From positions 1,728,001 to 1,792,000 of the forward strand of contig CAWEEQ010000004.1 in assembly GCA_963808235.1 (NCBI GenBank): a stretch of 64,000 nt of DNA, written 5' to 3'. Positions 54,356 through 64,000 of the stretch are shown here, piece after piece. Position 1 is the stretch's first letter. Each line of letters starts with the position of its first letter. A program made the position numbers and the translations under genes. Below the pieces are notes generated by a model that was not told where the DNA came from, ran no database searches, and saw only the letters and a program-made list of their open reading frames with translations. Source of the stretch: an uncultured delta proteobacterium (lineage in GTDB: Bacteria; Desulfobacterota; Binatia; Binatales; Binataceae).

Positions 54356-55570
54356 TCAGATTACGTTCGTCTCGCGCAGCCGCGCGATATCTTCCCACGA
54401 GTAGCCGAGCATCTCGGTCAGCAGCAGTTCGGTATGCTCGCCGAGTTCGGGTGCGTGGCCCCGCGGATTGCCCGGCGTCGCACTCAATTTTACCGGCATC
54501 CCGAGCAGCGTCATGTTGCCCAGCTCAGGATGCTCATAGTCGACGACATATTCGTTCGCTTTGACCTGCGGATCGTCGGGCAGATCGGACACCGAGTTCA
54601 CAATGGTATAGATAAAGTCGCCACCCCTCTTGAGGATTCGCATCCACTCGTCGCGCGGGCGGGCAGCGAACACGGCATCGAAAATCTCGATCAGGGACGC
54701 GGCGTTCTTGCCGCGCGACCGGGTTTCGGCGAAGCGCGAATCTTCGATGAGTTCCGATTTTCCGATCACGGCGCAGAAATCTTTCCAGTAACGATCCGGC
54801 TGGAGCATCGCGAGCGAGATCCATTTGTCGTCGGCGCATCGATAATGATTCCAGAGCGGATTGAATGCGTTGGCGCGGGTGTTGCGCGGAAATTCCTTGC
54901 CCATGATGGTACGCGCCGCAACGTTCAACCCCTGCAGCGCCATCATCGAGCCCAGATGCGAGGCGTCGACTTCCTGGCCGAGACCGGTGCGCTCGCGCGC
55001 GAAGAGCGCCGCCAGAACTCCGTATGCGAGCATGATCGCGCCCATCTGATCGGCGATTCCGCCAAAGACGTAGGTCGGCGTCGTGGTCCCGGTGCCGACC
55101 GCGTTCATGATTCCAGAGCGCGCCTGCCCAAGGTAATCGAACGACGGCTCGCCGCTGTCTGGGCCGTGGGGGCCGTAGCCGGACGCGCTGGCATAGATGA
55201 TTCGCGGATTGTGCGCGACCAGGTCGGCGTAGCCGAGGCCGAGCCGCGACGCGACGCCCTTGCGAAAATTTTGTACGAAGACGTCGCTTTTGGCGGCGAG
55301 GCGGTGCACGATTTCGCGCGCGCCGGGCCCCTTCAAATCGAGCGCGATGCTTTTCTTGTGCTTGTTGTTCGCCTCGAAATAATAGTTACGGCCGCGCTTG
55401 ACGGTTGCGCTGCCGGCAATCGCCGTAATGCCGCGTCCGGGGTCGCCGCGCTCGCGCTCTTCGATCTTGATGACCTCAGCACCGAGGTCGGCGAGCATCT
55501 GGGTAGCGACCGGGCCCTGCTGCCAGATCGTCCAGTCAATAATTCGAATTCCGTCCAGCGGTCCATTCAT
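54356..55570 (-). CDS. CaiB/BaiF class III CoA transferase
   Basis: GPLDGIRIID, LADLGAEVIKIE, NKHKKSIALDLK, DVFVQNFR, APELGEHT. Confidence 0.94.
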   Translation of the reverse strand: MNGPLDGIRIIDWTIWQQGPVATQMLADLGAEVIKIEERERGDPGRGITAIAGSATVKRGRNYYFEANNKHKKSIALDLKGPGAREIVHRLAAKSDVFVQNFRKGVASRLGLGYADLVAHNPRIIYASASGYGPHGPDSGEPSFDYLGQARSGIMNAVGTGTTTPTYVFGGIADQMGAIMLAYGVLAALFARERTGLGQEVDASHLGSMMALQGLNVAARTIMGKEFPRNTRANAFNPLWNHYRCADDKWISLAMLQPDRYWKDFCAVIGKSELIEDSRFAETRSRGKNAASLIEIFDAVFAARPRDEWMRILKRGGDFIYTIVNSVSDLPDDPQVKANEYVVDYEHPELGNMTLLGMPVKLSATPGNPRGHAPELGEHTELLLTEMLGYSWEDIARLRETNVI

Positions 55571-55671
55571 GGCTTTTCTATACCACAACCCCGGCCCTTT
55601 GGATTCCGGCACAGCGGCCGCTTGAGTTTTGTCTGCCGCGGGACTGATCATATCAAGACCGATCGATAGAG

Positions 55672-56406
55672 ATGGCTGCTTTCGCACAGGTCCTGGACTT
55701 TCTGTATCCGCCGCGATGCGCTGGGTGCGGCGAAAGGTTCGCACTGCGCGACGGTCATCGCGTGTGTGGCCGATGCGTCGCGAGAGTCGAGCGGATGCCG
55801 GCTGCGCGCTGCGAGATCTGCGGCGGGCCGCTGGAATCGATAGAGAGCGGTACAACGCGATGCGCCCGATGCCTCGCGCAGCGCCCGCATTACCGGGTCG
55901 CGCGCACGATCGCGCGCTATCGCACCACCGGCGAGGACGAACCGGGAAGTCTGCCCGCGCTGATTCGTCGCCACAAATACGGACTCGATCAATCGGTCGG
56001 GCGCGCACTCGCGGAATTTTTAGGCGACGAGTTGCCGCTCGAAGCCGGCGATTACGATGTGGTGATTCCGGTGCCGTTGCATTGGCGGCGGCTCTGGTGG
56101 CGCGGATTCAACCAGGCGGCGCTGCTCGCGGCCGAAGTCGCGGCGCGGCTCGACTTGCCGCTCGATACCACGTCGATGACTCGACAGCGCCGAACCGCGC
56201 CGCAGACCGCGCGCCATCATGACGAGCGGATCAAGAATGTCCGCCGCGCGTTTGCGGTGAGCAATCCAGCGCGGGTCAAAGGCCGCCGCGTTCTAATCGT
56301 GGACGACGTGATGACGACCGGCGCGACCGTCGATGAGTGTGCGCGAGTTCTAATCAGGGCCGGCGCCGTGAGCGTCGACGTCTTCACGCTCGCACGGGTG
56401 TTATGA
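55672..56406 (+). CDS. comF: ComF family protein
   Basis: Double zinc ribbon, PVPLH..R...RGFNQA, VDDVMTTGAT. Confidence 0.9.
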   Translation: MAAFAQVLDFLYPPRCAGCGERFALRDGHRVCGRCVARVERMPAARCEICGGPLESIESGTTRCARCLAQRPHYRVARTIARYRTTGEDEPGSLPALIRRHKYGLDQSVGRALAEFLGDELPLEAGDYDVVIPVPLHWRRLWWRGFNQAALLAAEVAARLDLPLDTTSMTRQRRTAPQTARHHDERIKNVRRAFAVSNPARVKGRRVLIVDDVMTTGATVDECARVLIRAGAVSVDVFTLARVL

Positions 56407-56978
56407 GTGAGTCGGGTCGCGCGGCATGGAACGAGCGTCATCGCGGGCATCCGATTGGCGAGGCGGAGCCATTCCTGGTCGAGATGATGGCGCGGATACC
56501 GCGCGGCATCGTGCTCGATGTCGCGGCGGGACGCGGGCGCAATGCGCTCGCGATGGCGCGCGCGGGGATCCGCGTTGTCGCAGTCGATTGGTCAGCATCC
56601 GCGATGCTGGCTCTGAGAGAGGCCGCGCGAACCGAGAGCCTCGCGGTATGGCCCGTGGTCGCAAACTTGGATAACTTTCATCTCAGAGACGAATCGTTCG
56701 ATGCAATCGTGAATGTAAACTTTCTCGACCGCGCGCTGTTTCCGCAATTTTCGCGCGCGCTCAGGCCCGGAGGAGTTCTGCTCGCCGAGACGTTTCTGAT
56801 CGATCAAGCGAGCATCGGTCATCCACACGACCCGCGCTTCCTGCTCGGTCACGGCGAGCTTGGAGAGTTGGTGGCAGGTCTGGAAATTGAGAACTACCGC
56901 GAGGGGCTGGTGAATTATCCCGATGGAACGCGGGCGTTTCGCGCGTCGGTGGTGGCGAGGAGGAGGGTTTCGATCTGA
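56403..56978 (+). CDS. Class I SAM methyltransferase (TehB-like)
   Basis: LDVAAGRGRNA, NFLDR, LRPGG, PRFLL..GEL. Confidence 0.85.
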   Translation: MSESGRAAWNERHRGHPIGEAEPFLVEMMARIPRGIVLDVAAGRGRNALAMARAGIRVVAVDWSASAMLALREAARTESLAVWPVVANLDNFHLRDESFDAIVNVNFLDRALFPQFSRALRPGGVLLAETFLIDQASIGHPHDPRFLLGHGELGELVAGLEIENYREGLVNYPDGTRAFRASVVARRRVSI

Positions 56979-58015
56979 TGCCGCCGCGGATGACTTACAA
57001 GGATGCAGGCGTCGATATCGCGCTGAAGCAGCGGCTGATTCCGCTCTTTGGCTCGATAGCGAGGTCCACGTCGGGCGCCGAGGTGCTGGCCGGTGTTGGT
57101 GGATTCGGCGCGCTGGTGGGTCTGAATGGCGCGCGCAAGATGCGCGAGCCGGTGCTGGTCGCGGGCACCGACGGCGTTGGCACCAAGCTGATGATCGCAT
57201 TCAAGACCGGCCGCCACGACACGATCGGCATCGACTGCGTCGCGATGTGCGTGAACGACATCATCTGCCACGCGGCGCGGCCGCTATTTTTTCTCGACTA
57301 CATAGGGTCGGGCAAGCTGCAAGAAAAAGTCGCGCTTGAAATCGTGACCGGCATCGCGCGCGGCTGCAACGAAGCTGGCATGAGCCTGGTCGGCGGTGAA
57401 ACCGCGCAACTCAGCGGACTCTACAAGCCCGGCGAATACGACCTCGCAGGCTTCGCGGTTGGAATCGTCGATCGCGCCGATATCCCCCAGCCGTCGAAAG
57501 TCCGCGCGGGTGACGTGATCGTCGGCATTGCGTCCAGCGGCCTGCACTCCAACGGCTTCTCGCTGGTCCGTAAAGTTTTGCTCGAACGCGCGAAATTCAA
57601 ACTCAATGCACGACTTCCCGGTTTCGAATGGACGCTCGGCGAGGAACTGCTGCGCCCGACGACCATCTACGCGCGCGCCATCGTCGAGATGTTCGATAAG
57701 TTCAAGGTGAACGGGCTGGCCAACATCACCGGCGGCGGCGTGCTCGAAAACGTACCGCGCGTGATGCCGATAGACACCCGCGCCGTGTTCGAGCGCGGCA
57801 GCTGGCCGACGCCGCCCATCTTCAACGTCATACAGCGCGCCGGCAAGATCAGCCGCCTCGAAATGGATCGGACCTTCAACAACGGACTCGGGATGGTAGC
57901 TATTGCGCCGGCGCGCGAGGCCGATCGCATAATCGATCATTTGCGCCGCCGTAATCACGCAGCTTATGTTGTCGGCGAAGTGCGGCGCGGCAAGCGCGGC
58001 GTGACTATTCTCTGA
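56978..58015 (+). CDS. purM: Phosphoribosylformylglycinamidine cyclo-ligase
   Basis: YKDAGVD, TDGVGTK, AMCVND, GGETA, SSGLHSNGFSL. Confidence 0.97.
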   Translation: MPPRMTYKDAGVDIALKQRLIPLFGSIARSTSGAEVLAGVGGFGALVGLNGARKMREPVLVAGTDGVGTKLMIAFKTGRHDTIGIDCVAMCVNDIICHAARPLFFLDYIGSGKLQEKVALEIVTGIARGCNEAGMSLVGGETAQLSGLYKPGEYDLAGFAVGIVDRADIPQPSKVRAGDVIVGIASSGLHSNGFSLVRKVLLERAKFKLNARLPGFEWTLGEELLRPTTIYARAIVEMFDKFKVNGLANITGGGVLENVPRVMPIDTRAVFERGSWPTPPIFNVIQRAGKISRLEMDRTFNNGLGMVAIAPAREADRIIDHLRRRNHAAYVVGEVRRGKRGVTIL

Positions 58016-58045
58016 GGCAGCATTTGCCGCTGAGCGGCATTTGAG

Positions 58046-58714
58046 ATGAGCGATAACCCGCCAATCAAACTTGGCGTCCTGATTTCCGGCACGGGCACCA
58101 ACCTGCAGGCGATCATCGATGCGATTCTGCGCGGCGATCTGAAAGCCGAGATTCGCATCGTCATTTCGAATCGTCCCGAAGCGAATGGACTCGAACGGGC
58201 GCGGCGCCACGGAATCGCGACCGCGGTGATCGAGCATCGCAAGTTCCCTTCGCGCGAGGATTTCGATCGCGCGGTGCTGGCCGCACTTCGTGAGCGCGGC
58301 GTCGAGCTGGTCGCGCTGGCTGGATTCATGCGGCTGTTTTCATCGGTGATGATCGACGCGTTCCCCGGCCGCATCATGAATATCCACAACAGTCTGCTGC
58401 CGTCGTTTCCGGGAATTCACGGACCCAAGGATGCGATCGAGTCCGGCGTCAAGATTGCGGGATGCAGCGTTTTCTTCGTCACGCCCGGCGTCGATACCGG
58501 CCCGATAATCGTCCAAGCCGCGGTGCCGGTCCTGCCCGGTGACGATGAGCAGCGCCTGGCAGCGAGAATCCTTCAGCAGGAGCATCGAATCTTTCCGTAC
58601 GCGATTCGACTCTTCCAGGAAAGACGTCTCGAAATTGATGGCCGCAAGGTAAACATCAAGGGCGATTCGAGCGGGCCGCATTCGGGACCGTTGTTAAATC
58701 CTTCGACGGATTAG
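58046..58714 (+). CDS. purN: Phosphoribosylglycinamide formyltransferase
   Basis: LISGTGTNLQA, LAGFMR, NIH.SLLP.FPG, DTGPII.Q. Confidence 0.97.
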   Translation: MSDNPPIKLGVLISGTGTNLQAIIDAILRGDLKAEIRIVISNRPEANGLERARRHGIATAVIEHRKFPSREDFDRAVLAALRERGVELVALAGFMRLFSSVMIDAFPGRIMNIHNSLLPSFPGIHGPKDAIESGVKIAGCSVFFVTPGVDTGPIIVQAAVPVLPGDDEQRLAARILQQEHRIFPYAIRLFQERRLEIDGRKVNIKGDSSGPHSGPLLNPSTD

Positions 58715-58813
58715 AGAGCTCGGGACTGAACAAGGGGTCTTCAAACAGGGCTGTAAGCAAATCCGAACGGCGGATAATGCCGCGTCCTTGGTCGCGAGAG
58801 GGAGGTTGGAAGC

Positions 58814-59635
58814 ATGGATCGTGTCGATGGGAAGACCGCATTCATAACTGGAGGAGCGCGCGGGATCGGACTGGGTATCGCTCGCGCCTTAGCTCGAGCT
58901 GGCGCGAAATTGGCGCTCGCGGATATCGATCAATCCTCGCTGGCCGCAGCAAAATCCGAGCTCTCGGACTTAACCACGGTCGAGACGTTCCTGCTCGACG
59001 TCCGCGACCGCTCAGCTTATGCGCGAGTCGCCGACGAAACGGAATCTCGACTCGGTCCAGTGTCAATTCTGTGCAACAACGCCGGAGTGGCCGGAGACGC
59101 GCACGTTGCGCGCCTGACTTACGAATATTGGGACTGGGTAATCGGAATTAATCTGAATGGCGTGATCAATGGAGTCCAGACCTTTCTGCCTCGGATGCTC
59201 CAACGGGGCGGTGGCGGGCATATAGTCAACACAGCTTCGGGCGCGGGACTCGCCGCCACCTCCAGCGGTCTCTTATATACAACCTCGAAATTCGCGGTGG
59301 TGGGTCTTTCGGAATCCCTACGGCTCGAGCTCGAACCGTTCAAGATTGGCGTCAGCGTATTGTGCCCGGGCCCCGTCAATACGAAGATCATATCGAACAG
59401 CAACGCCACCCGGCCCTCATCGTCGGCGACCGTCGAGGGAACGAAAATGCGGGAAACCGCAATCATGCGAGCCAACGCCATTCTAGCCGCGGGCGCCGAT
59501 CCAAACGAGGTTGGCGAAATGGTCCTCGCCGCCGTAAAGACCGATCGCCTCTATATCCATACCGATCGAATCATGGCAGGACTGATCGAGGCGCGAGCCA
59601 AGGCCCTGCTCGATGCAATGCCACCATGGAAATAG
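58814..59635 (+). CDS. Short-chain dehydrogenase/reductase
   Basis: TGGARGIG, NNAG, YTTSK. Confidence 0.93.
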   Translation: MDRVDGKTAFITGGARGIGLGIARALARAGAKLALADIDQSSLAAAKSELSDLTTVETFLLDVRDRSAYARVADETESRLGPVSILCNNAGVAGDAHVARLTYEYWDWVIGINLNGVINGVQTFLPRMLQRGGGGHIVNTASGAGLAATSSGLLYTTSKFAVVGLSESLRLELEPFKIGVSVLCPGPVNTKIISNSNATRPSSSATVEGTKMRETAIMRANAILAAGADPNEVGEMVLAAVKTDRLYIHTDRIMAGLIEARAKALLDAMPPWK

Positions 59636-59638
59636 CGA

Positions 59639-60322
59639 TTGAAAACTCTTTCGATAATTGTGCCGATGCTCGATGAGGCGGAGGCGATCTCGCGCACGCT
59701 CATCGCGCTGCGGCGCGGAGCTCCCGAAGCCGAGATAATCGTCGTTGACGGCGGCAGCGCCGATGCGTCGGTCGCAATTGCCGAACCGCTCTGCGATCGG
59801 GTAGTCGCAGCTTCTCGGGGGCGCGCGCGGCAGATGAATGCAGGCGCGAAGCTCGCGCAGACAGACGCGCTCGCATTCGTTCACGCCGATACGATAGTGC
59901 CGGCGAGCTTCGGCGGAGACATCACATCCGCTTTGGCGAATCCGGCGATCGTCGGTGGAAGGTTCGACGTCGAACTCGACGCGAGCGCCATTCCTTATCG
60001 AATAATTGGCGCGATGATCAGCATGCGCTCGCGGCTGAGCCGGACCGGTACCGGCGATCAGGCGATCTTTGTCCGCCGCGAGGTGTTCGAGCGGCTCGGC
60101 GGTTTTCCCGAGCTCGACGTGTGCGAGGATCTCGAATTCTCGCGGCGTCTCAAGCGCGCGGGCACGGTCGCGTGCCTGCGCTCGCGAGTGACCACGTCGG
60201 CCCGGCGCTGGAATCGCGACGGACTCGCGCGCACGGTGATTCGGATGTGGATGATTCGCGCGATGTACCTGATGGGCATCTCACCCGCGCGGCTCAAGCG
60301 CATGTACGCGGACACTAGATAG
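59639..60322 (+). CDS. GT2 glycosyltransferase (TIGR04283-like)
   Basis: VDGGS.D, GRARQMNAGA, FVHADT, GDQAIF, ED, TSARRW. Confidence 0.88.
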   Translation: MKTLSIIVPMLDEAEAISRTLIALRRGAPEAEIIVVDGGSADASVAIAEPLCDRVVAASRGRARQMNAGAKLAQTDALAFVHADTIVPASFGGDITSALANPAIVGGRFDVELDASAIPYRIIGAMISMRSRLSRTGTGDQAIFVRREVFERLGGFPELDVCEDLEFSRRLKRAGTVACLRSRVTTSARRWNRDGLARTVIRMWMIRAMYLMGISPARLKRMYADTR

Positions 60323-60393
60323 ACGGCATTTTGCGATAGCCACTGGACAGGCATTTGCGCGCAGATGAGAATGTGAGAATCGAGGTTTGCGCT

Positions 60394-60663
60394 GTGGCGA
60401 AAGTCGAACTCTACACAACCACCTACTGTCCGTTCTGCACGCGGGCCAAGAACCTGCTCAAGAGCAAGGGCGTGGCTTTCGAAGAAATCGATGTGACCGA
60501 CGACGATGAGCTGCGCGAGAAGATGATCGAAATGTCCGGCGGGCGGCGCACCGTCCCGGAAATATTCATCAACGGCAAGATTATCGGCGGCTTCGACGAA
60601 TTGAAGGCACTCGATGCCGAAGGCAAGCTCGACGGTCTGCTCGCTGCCGACGCGCACGCCTGA
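60394..60663 (+). CDS. grxC: Glutaredoxin 3
   Basis: CPFC, TVP.IFING..IGGFDEL.ALD..GKLD. Confidence 0.9.
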   Translation: MAKVELYTTTYCPFCTRAKNLLKSKGVAFEEIDVTDDDELREKMIEMSGGRRTVPEIFINGKIIGGFDELKALDAEGKLDGLLAADAHA

Positions 60664-60785
60664 GAAAGCTTCTTCCCGCTAAAAAAATAGGCGCCCCGCG
60701 GATTAATCCCGCTAGGCGCCCATTTCTTCTCAAGGCGCGACACCGGAGCCGCCTCCTGACTCAAGTGCAGGAGCCGGCGCCTGCT

Positions 60786-61233
60786 ACTGATTGTTGCTGG
60801 GTGACGCGACCATCCCTTCGTTCATGTGATGCAGAGCGGCGCGATCGACCGTCGAGTCGTAGGCAATCGCTTTTCCGGTGACGGTGATCGTCCCGCCGTC
60901 GGCGGAAATCGTCTGGTTCTCGTCGACGATCGCGTCGATGGTGTCGGGCCACTTCTCAAACGCCATCTTCTTCAGCTTGTCGCTGATTTTTGCCTCGTCG
61001 ATAGCATCGGGTGAGAACGGCTCCGTATAGGTCACGTCGCCGAGCGTGCTGTACGGTTTCCCCGCCGGCGGCGCTTCGGTAGTCACCCAGATGTGCGCCA
61101 TGTCCATCCGATGGATGGTCTCCTGCTGCTTCGTCGCCTCAGCGTTACGTTGCGCCTCGACCGCAGCGCAAGCGGAGAGTCCGAGCGCCAGCCCGAGAGC
61201 TATCACCAAGCCAAGAATTTTCGATGAACGCAT
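60786..61233 (-). CDS. Lipoprotein of unknown function
   Basis: Lipobox LSAC after a signal peptide; GGGGAAG RBS. Confidence 0.8.
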
Positions 61234-61410
61234 TTTCTTCCCCGTGAACTAATTCGCGTTTGATTTTCAATTCAATTATAGCCGCGCCCACGCAGATGTC
61301 TAATACGTTCGATGCGTGCTGCTAACTCTTATTTCACCGAATGGCACGTGCGGGCAAGTGAGCCACGGCGGGGTCTGTCGGGGCGCGTCCGTGACCGATA
61401 GTATTCCCGC

Positions 61411-62247
61411 GTGACCAGATTTGCCGCCTGCTTCATCCTGGTGTTCGGAGAACTCGCCTGGGGTGGAATCTTCGCGCTTTCGATTCCGCCCTTCTTCAAC
61501 GTCGAGCGAGGTTTTTACAAATCGAGCGCGTCAGTGTACCTGGCGGCGGCGCTTACGACCGCGATCGGGCTGGGATTTCTGGCTGCTCGCGGCGGGCCTC
61601 CCAATGGACCGGGTGCGGCGGCTCTATGGAGCGCAGCGTCATTGTGGGCCGCCTCGAGCCTGACTTTCGCAGCCTATCTTTACACGCTGTGGACTGAAAA
61701 CGGGCTTCTCCGCGCGCGCCTTTATCTCGCGAGCCTGCTGCTCGGCCTGGTTGCGGTGATCGCCAACGTGATGCTGCTGATGCCGCGCGATTATGGCGCG
61801 ATCGCCGCGGTCACCTACGCGCTTACCGCGATTACCTCCGCACTGATGCTGGGCCTCGTGAGCGGCGCGATGCTGTTCGGTCATTGGTACCTGATCGACC
61901 TCGAGATGCCGGTCGACTACCTGCGTTCGTTCGTGCGGATGCTCGGGGTAGTGCTGATCGCGGACCTCGTGGCGCTCGGACTTGCAGTCGCGCTTCCGGC
62001 GTTGATCGGTGGCGCGGCCGGTATCGCAGCCGTACGCGAGCTGTTCGCATCTCACCTGGAATTGCTGGCGGTTCGAATACTGCTCGGCCCGATCGCCACG
62101 ATCGTGCTGGTCTGGATGTGCTGGCAGACGCTCAAAATTCCGCAGACCATGGCGGCGACCGGCCTGCTCTACATCGCGGTGATGTCGGTGCTGGTGGGCG
62201 AGATGCTGGGCCGGTTTATTTTGTTTCGCACCGCCGTGCCTCTCTGA
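61411..62247 (+). CDS. Polytopic membrane protein
   Basis: About 8 TM segments with AMLFGHWYL and TMAATGLLY motifs; function not assigned. Confidence 0.8.
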   Translation: MTRFAACFILVFGELAWGGIFALSIPPFFNVERGFYKSSASVYLAAALTTAIGLGFLAARGGPPNGPGAAALWSAASLWAASSLTFAAYLYTLWTENGLLRARLYLASLLLGLVAVIANVMLLMPRDYGAIAAVTYALTAITSALMLGLVSGAMLFGHWYLIDLEMPVDYLRSFVRMLGVVLIADLVALGLAVALPALIGGAAGIAAVRELFASHLELLAVRILLGPIATIVLVWMCWQTLKIPQTMAATGLLYIAVMSVLVGEMLGRFILFRTAVPL

Positions 62248-62405
62248 ACTTCAACGTCTTCATAGATATCTTAATAGATGTCTTTGGTAAGCGGTTCAGG
62301 CTTGTCATTGGCGGATATTTCGGGTTAATTTCGAAACTTCCTGTTCTCAAAAATTTTGATCGCGAGGCAATGTTTACGGTTGCAGCGTTCGATTAGTTCA
62401 GCGTC

Positions 62406-64000
62406 GTGAAGACCCGAAAGAATTCCGCCCGCGAGTTGCCCAAAACTCCGACCGGCATTCGCGGCCTTGACGACATCACCTACGGAGGGCTCCCCACGGG
62501 ACGGCCGACGCTCGTCTGCGGCGGCGCTGGATGCGGCAAAACGCTACTGGGACTGGAGTTTTTGATCAATGGCGCCCGGAATTATTCGGAACCGGGCGTT
62601 TTCATAGCCTTTGAAGAGACTCCGGAGGAGTTGGTCGCAAACGTCTCCTCTCTTGGCTTCGAACTCAACCGGCTGATTGACAAACGAATGATCGCGCTCG
62701 ACCACTTGCGTATCGAGCGCAGCGAGATCGAAGAAACCGGCGAATACGATCTCGAGGGACTTTTCATCCGTCTCCAATATGCGATCGATTTGGTCGGCGC
62801 AAAAAGGGTGGTGCTCGATACCCTGGAATCTCTGTTCGCCGGATTCTCCAACGCATCGATCCTGCGCTCCGAGCTTCGCCGGCTTTTTCAATGGCTCAAG
62901 TCAAAAGGCGTCACCGCGGTGGTCACAGCCGAGCGCGGCGATGGCACCCTGACCCGCCAGGGCCTCGAGGAGTACGTAGCGGATTGCGTGATCCTGCTCG
63001 ATCACCGGGTCATCGATCAGATCTCGACCCGGCGTTTGCGGATCATCAAGTATCGCGGCTCGGCGCATGGGAGCAATGAATTTCCCTTCCTTATCGACGA
63101 GGGTGGATTTTCGGTCCTGCCGATCACTTCGCTCAGCCTCGATCATCAGGTCTCCGGCGAGATCGTGCCGTCGGGTGTTCGAGACCTCGATGAGATGCTC
63201 GGGGTGGGCGGCTACTTCAAGGGCAGCAGCGTGCTGGTCTCGGGAACCGCGGGTACTGGTAAATCGACGCTGGCCGCATCGCTATGCCGCGCGACATGCA
63301 GCGCGGGCGGGCGCTGTCTGTACTTTTCATTTGAAGAATCACCCAGTCAGATCGTCCGAAACATGCGTTCGGTCGGAATCGATCTGCGGCCCTTCGTAAA
63401 TAAAGGATTGCTGCAAATTATCGCGAACCGGCCGGCCATATATGGCTTGGAAAGGCACCTGGTTTCAATCCATAAGCAGATTAGCGCGTTTCGGCCCGCC
63501 GTAGTCGTCATCGATCCCATCTCGAGCTTGATCTCGTCCGCCGACCGCGGCGACGTGCTTGCGATGACGACGCGGCTGATCGACTTCCTTAAGGCCGGGC
63601 AGATTACCGGTTTCTTCATCAGCCTCTCGAATGTCGACGGAAACCTCGAAAAGACCGAAATAAGCATTTCCTCGCTGATGGATACTTGGCTGCTGCTGCG
63701 CGATATAGAGATCAACGGCGAGCGCAATCGTGGCATGTACGTTCTGAAGTCACGTGGTATGGCTCATTCCAATCAGATTCGCGAATTTGTGCTGACCAAC
63801 AAAGGTATTAGACTCTTGAAAGTCTATCTCGGGAGCGAAGGGGTCCTGACCGGTTCGGCTCGGGTGGCGCAGGAAGCGAAAGAAAAAGAGGCGGCTCTGG
63901 AGCGTTCGCAGCGGAGCGAGCTGGCTGCGGCCGAACTCGAACGTAAACGAAAATCCATGGAGGCCCGGATTACCGCGATGCGCGCGGAATTCGAAGCGGA
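62406..64000 (+). CDS. kaiC: Circadian-type ATPase/kinase KaiC (KaiC2-like), runs off window end
   Basis: Manual translation from GTG 62406: KTPTGIRGLDDIT.GGLP.GRPTLVCGGAGCGKT, FEE, EEYVADCV, KYRGS.H, SGTAGTGKS, ISSLMDTWLLLRD, KSRGMAHSNQIREF, GVLTGSAR and a coiled-coil tail. Confidence 0.95.
   Translation, partial: MKTRKNSARELPKTPTGIRGLDDITYGGLPTGRPTLVCGGAGCGKTLLGLEFLINGARNYSEPGVFIAFEETPEELVANVSSLGFELNRLIDKRMIALDHLRIERSEIEETGEYDLEGLFIRLQYAIDLVGAKRVVLDTLESLFAGFSNASILRSELRRLFQWLKSKGVTAVVTAERGDGTLTRQGLEEYVADCVILLDHRVIDQISTRRLRIIKYRGSAHGSNEFPFLIDEGGFSVLPITSLSLDHQVSGEIVPSGVRDLDEMLGVGGYFKGSSVLVSGTAGTGKSTLAASLCRATCSAGGRCLYFSFEESPSQIVRNMRSVGIDLRPFVNKGLLQIIANRPAIYGLERHLVSIHKQISAFRPAVVVIDPISSLISSADRGDVLAMTTRLIDFLKAGQITGFFISLSNVDGNLEKTEISISSLMDTWLLLRDIEINGERNRGMYVLKSRGMAHSNQIREFVLTNKGIRLLKVYLGSEGVLTGSARVAQEAKEKEAALERSQRSELAAAELERKRKSMEARITAMRAEFEA

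Noticed and set aside
62544-63736. Short ORFs at the window end
   Set aside because: Shadow or out-of-frame ORFs of kaiC, which runs off the window.

Overview
GC-rich bacterial chromosomal segment; gene style suggests a soil Binatota/deltaproteobacteria-like lineage (inference only). In order: 5' part of ftsH, tilS, a cbpM/dnaJ-like pair, a cytochrome c maturation operon (ccmE-F-H-I-like-A-B-C-D, with a CxxxY-type CcmE), an ECF sigma/anti-sigma locus with secreted His-Pro repeat proteins, lpxA, yacG, glgB, an alkyl sulfatase-like MBL, a GIY-YIG nuclease repeat element, uvrB, an OmpA lipoprotein, a tannase-family esterase, two acyl-CoA dehydrogenases, an EmrAB-type pump, pip, pgeF, a UvrA paralogue, an RluA-family synthase, RND/MFP/TolC genes, a CoA transferase, comF, purM, purN, grxC and the 5' part of a KaiC2-like gene. 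Two things stand out. (1) A 488-bp unit has a 96-aa GIY-YIG gene inside ~90-bp imperfect inverted repeats. Both ends are tandemly triplicated with fragments of the gene, every substitution in the 5' fragments is synonymous, and solo end copies occur elsewhere in the window. (2) The ECF locus has four copies of a (G/T)(T/G)AAACGA-N14/15-CGTC promoter-like motif in front of the sigma operon and three uncharacterised secreted repeat proteins. Three single-base frameshifts in otherwise intact genes suggest sequencing indel errors. No rRNA, tRNA or CRISPR array was recognised.
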